Below, one piece after another: positions 63,201 to 64,000 of a stretch of 64,000 nucleotides of DNA. The position numbers were made by a program, and so were the translations under genes. The stretch is from Selaginella moellendorffii (Eukaryota; Plantae; Lycopodiophyta): NCBI RefSeq assembly GCF_000143415.4, contig NW_003314314.1:250263-314262 (forward strand). The letters are read 5' to 3'. Position 1 is the stretch's first letter. Each line of letters starts with the position of its first letter. The notes under the pieces are model-generated. The model was not told the DNA's origin and did no database searches. It saw only the letters and a program-made list of their open reading frames with translations.

Positions 63201-64000
63201 TACCATCGACATATCACCTTGTTATGCTAAAGCCATGCCCCTTCACCTTGGGTCACACCGATGGTCTAACACCACCTGCAGCACAGTCCCGTCTCTCGAG
63301 GACTGGGCCATCCGTCCATGAGTGATCAATCCAGATCCACTCCTTAGCATCCTTTGGACGCCTATAGACATGGGGAATAGCCTTCCCCAACATCTCCTTT
63401 CCGGTCCTCACCAAATCCCTTTCTGTCCATGGCCGTGCTTGCCAACACTGCCACTAGACCAAGGTCCACAGGCTCGACCACTAAGTCCCATGGTCCTCTG
63501 GGACTTCCTCACCATGTGACTGTGTCCTTGGTCACCACACCGGAGGGCTACTCCTCTTCCTTTCCACAGTCTAGGACTTTGGGACACCATTTGGGAACAC
63601 CGTGGCCCTACGTGGGCCTCATGGGTACTCTCCCCGCCTTCCACCTTTAGGTGCTCTAGCCATGGGCTTAGAGCGAGGTTCCGTTGAGCCACGCATGGTA
63701 TCCAAGTAGGTAGTGCCACCCATATTTGGACTGGGAGCATCGACCATTCAATCTTCCGGGGGAACTAGAGCCGGCTCTTGAACATTTCATCAAGCTACCC
63801 CGCTTGTCCGGCTCTTGAACACTTCACCAAGCTACCCCGCTTGTCGGTCCGTATTCACTCTAGTCTTGGACTTCCCAGTGGTCAACTCATCACCCAACAC
63901 TGGGTGTGGCCTTCCTGAGCCCAACTGGCCTTTCCTGGGCCAAACTGGCTCCACTAGGCTCCAACCCCCACACTCTCCCTACTATACTTTTGGAACCCCC
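57260..64000 (-). mobile_element. LTR retrotransposon, non-autonomous or decayed (LARD-like); 5' LTR runs off the window
   Basis: Direct repeats start TGTAAGCGAC at 57260 and 63002. The first LTR ends TCTCACA at 58942, followed by the PPT complement ACTCCACCACCC. PBS complement GCTCCAATACCA lies at 62987-62998. The ~4-kb interior has no long ORF. Confidence 0.9.
58290..58710. repeat. Minisatellite (CTCGGACTCCAT / CTCGGGTCCAT, 11-12 bp units) inside the LTR
   Basis: Directly visible tandem array. Confidence 0.95.

Overview
Eukaryotic land-plant genomic DNA. The very compact genes, ~45-110 nt GT-AG introns and gene set suggest a lycophyte such as Selaginella (inference, not verified). A gene-dense core (~17-44 kb) holds an AIPP2/PAIPP2-like PHD-SPOC gene, SERINC, RNase H2A, SCARECROW, a DUF6816-like gene, REV1, a GT61 glycosyltransferase, an AT-rich bulb-type lectin ORF, a retropepsin-like protease gene, a PLS-E PPR gene and a P450 pseudogene. 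The core is bracketed by a very long imperfect inverted repeat (1-~9015 versus ~49010-56247) carrying an unrecognised gene family, with two further partial copies. The flanks contain decayed Ty3/gypsy pol, a TRIM, 5S rRNA-bearing (Cassandra-type) LTRs, captured gene fragments and an LTR element with no coding capacity (57260 to window end). The most notable observations are the giant inverted repeat, a tandem array of in-frame 51-nt microexons in the PHD gene, a chain of non-coding exons bridging the DUF6816-like gene and SCR, and a spliced 71-codon ORF whose stop overlaps (ATGA) the lectin start. All gene models, alignments and identity estimates were made by eye.
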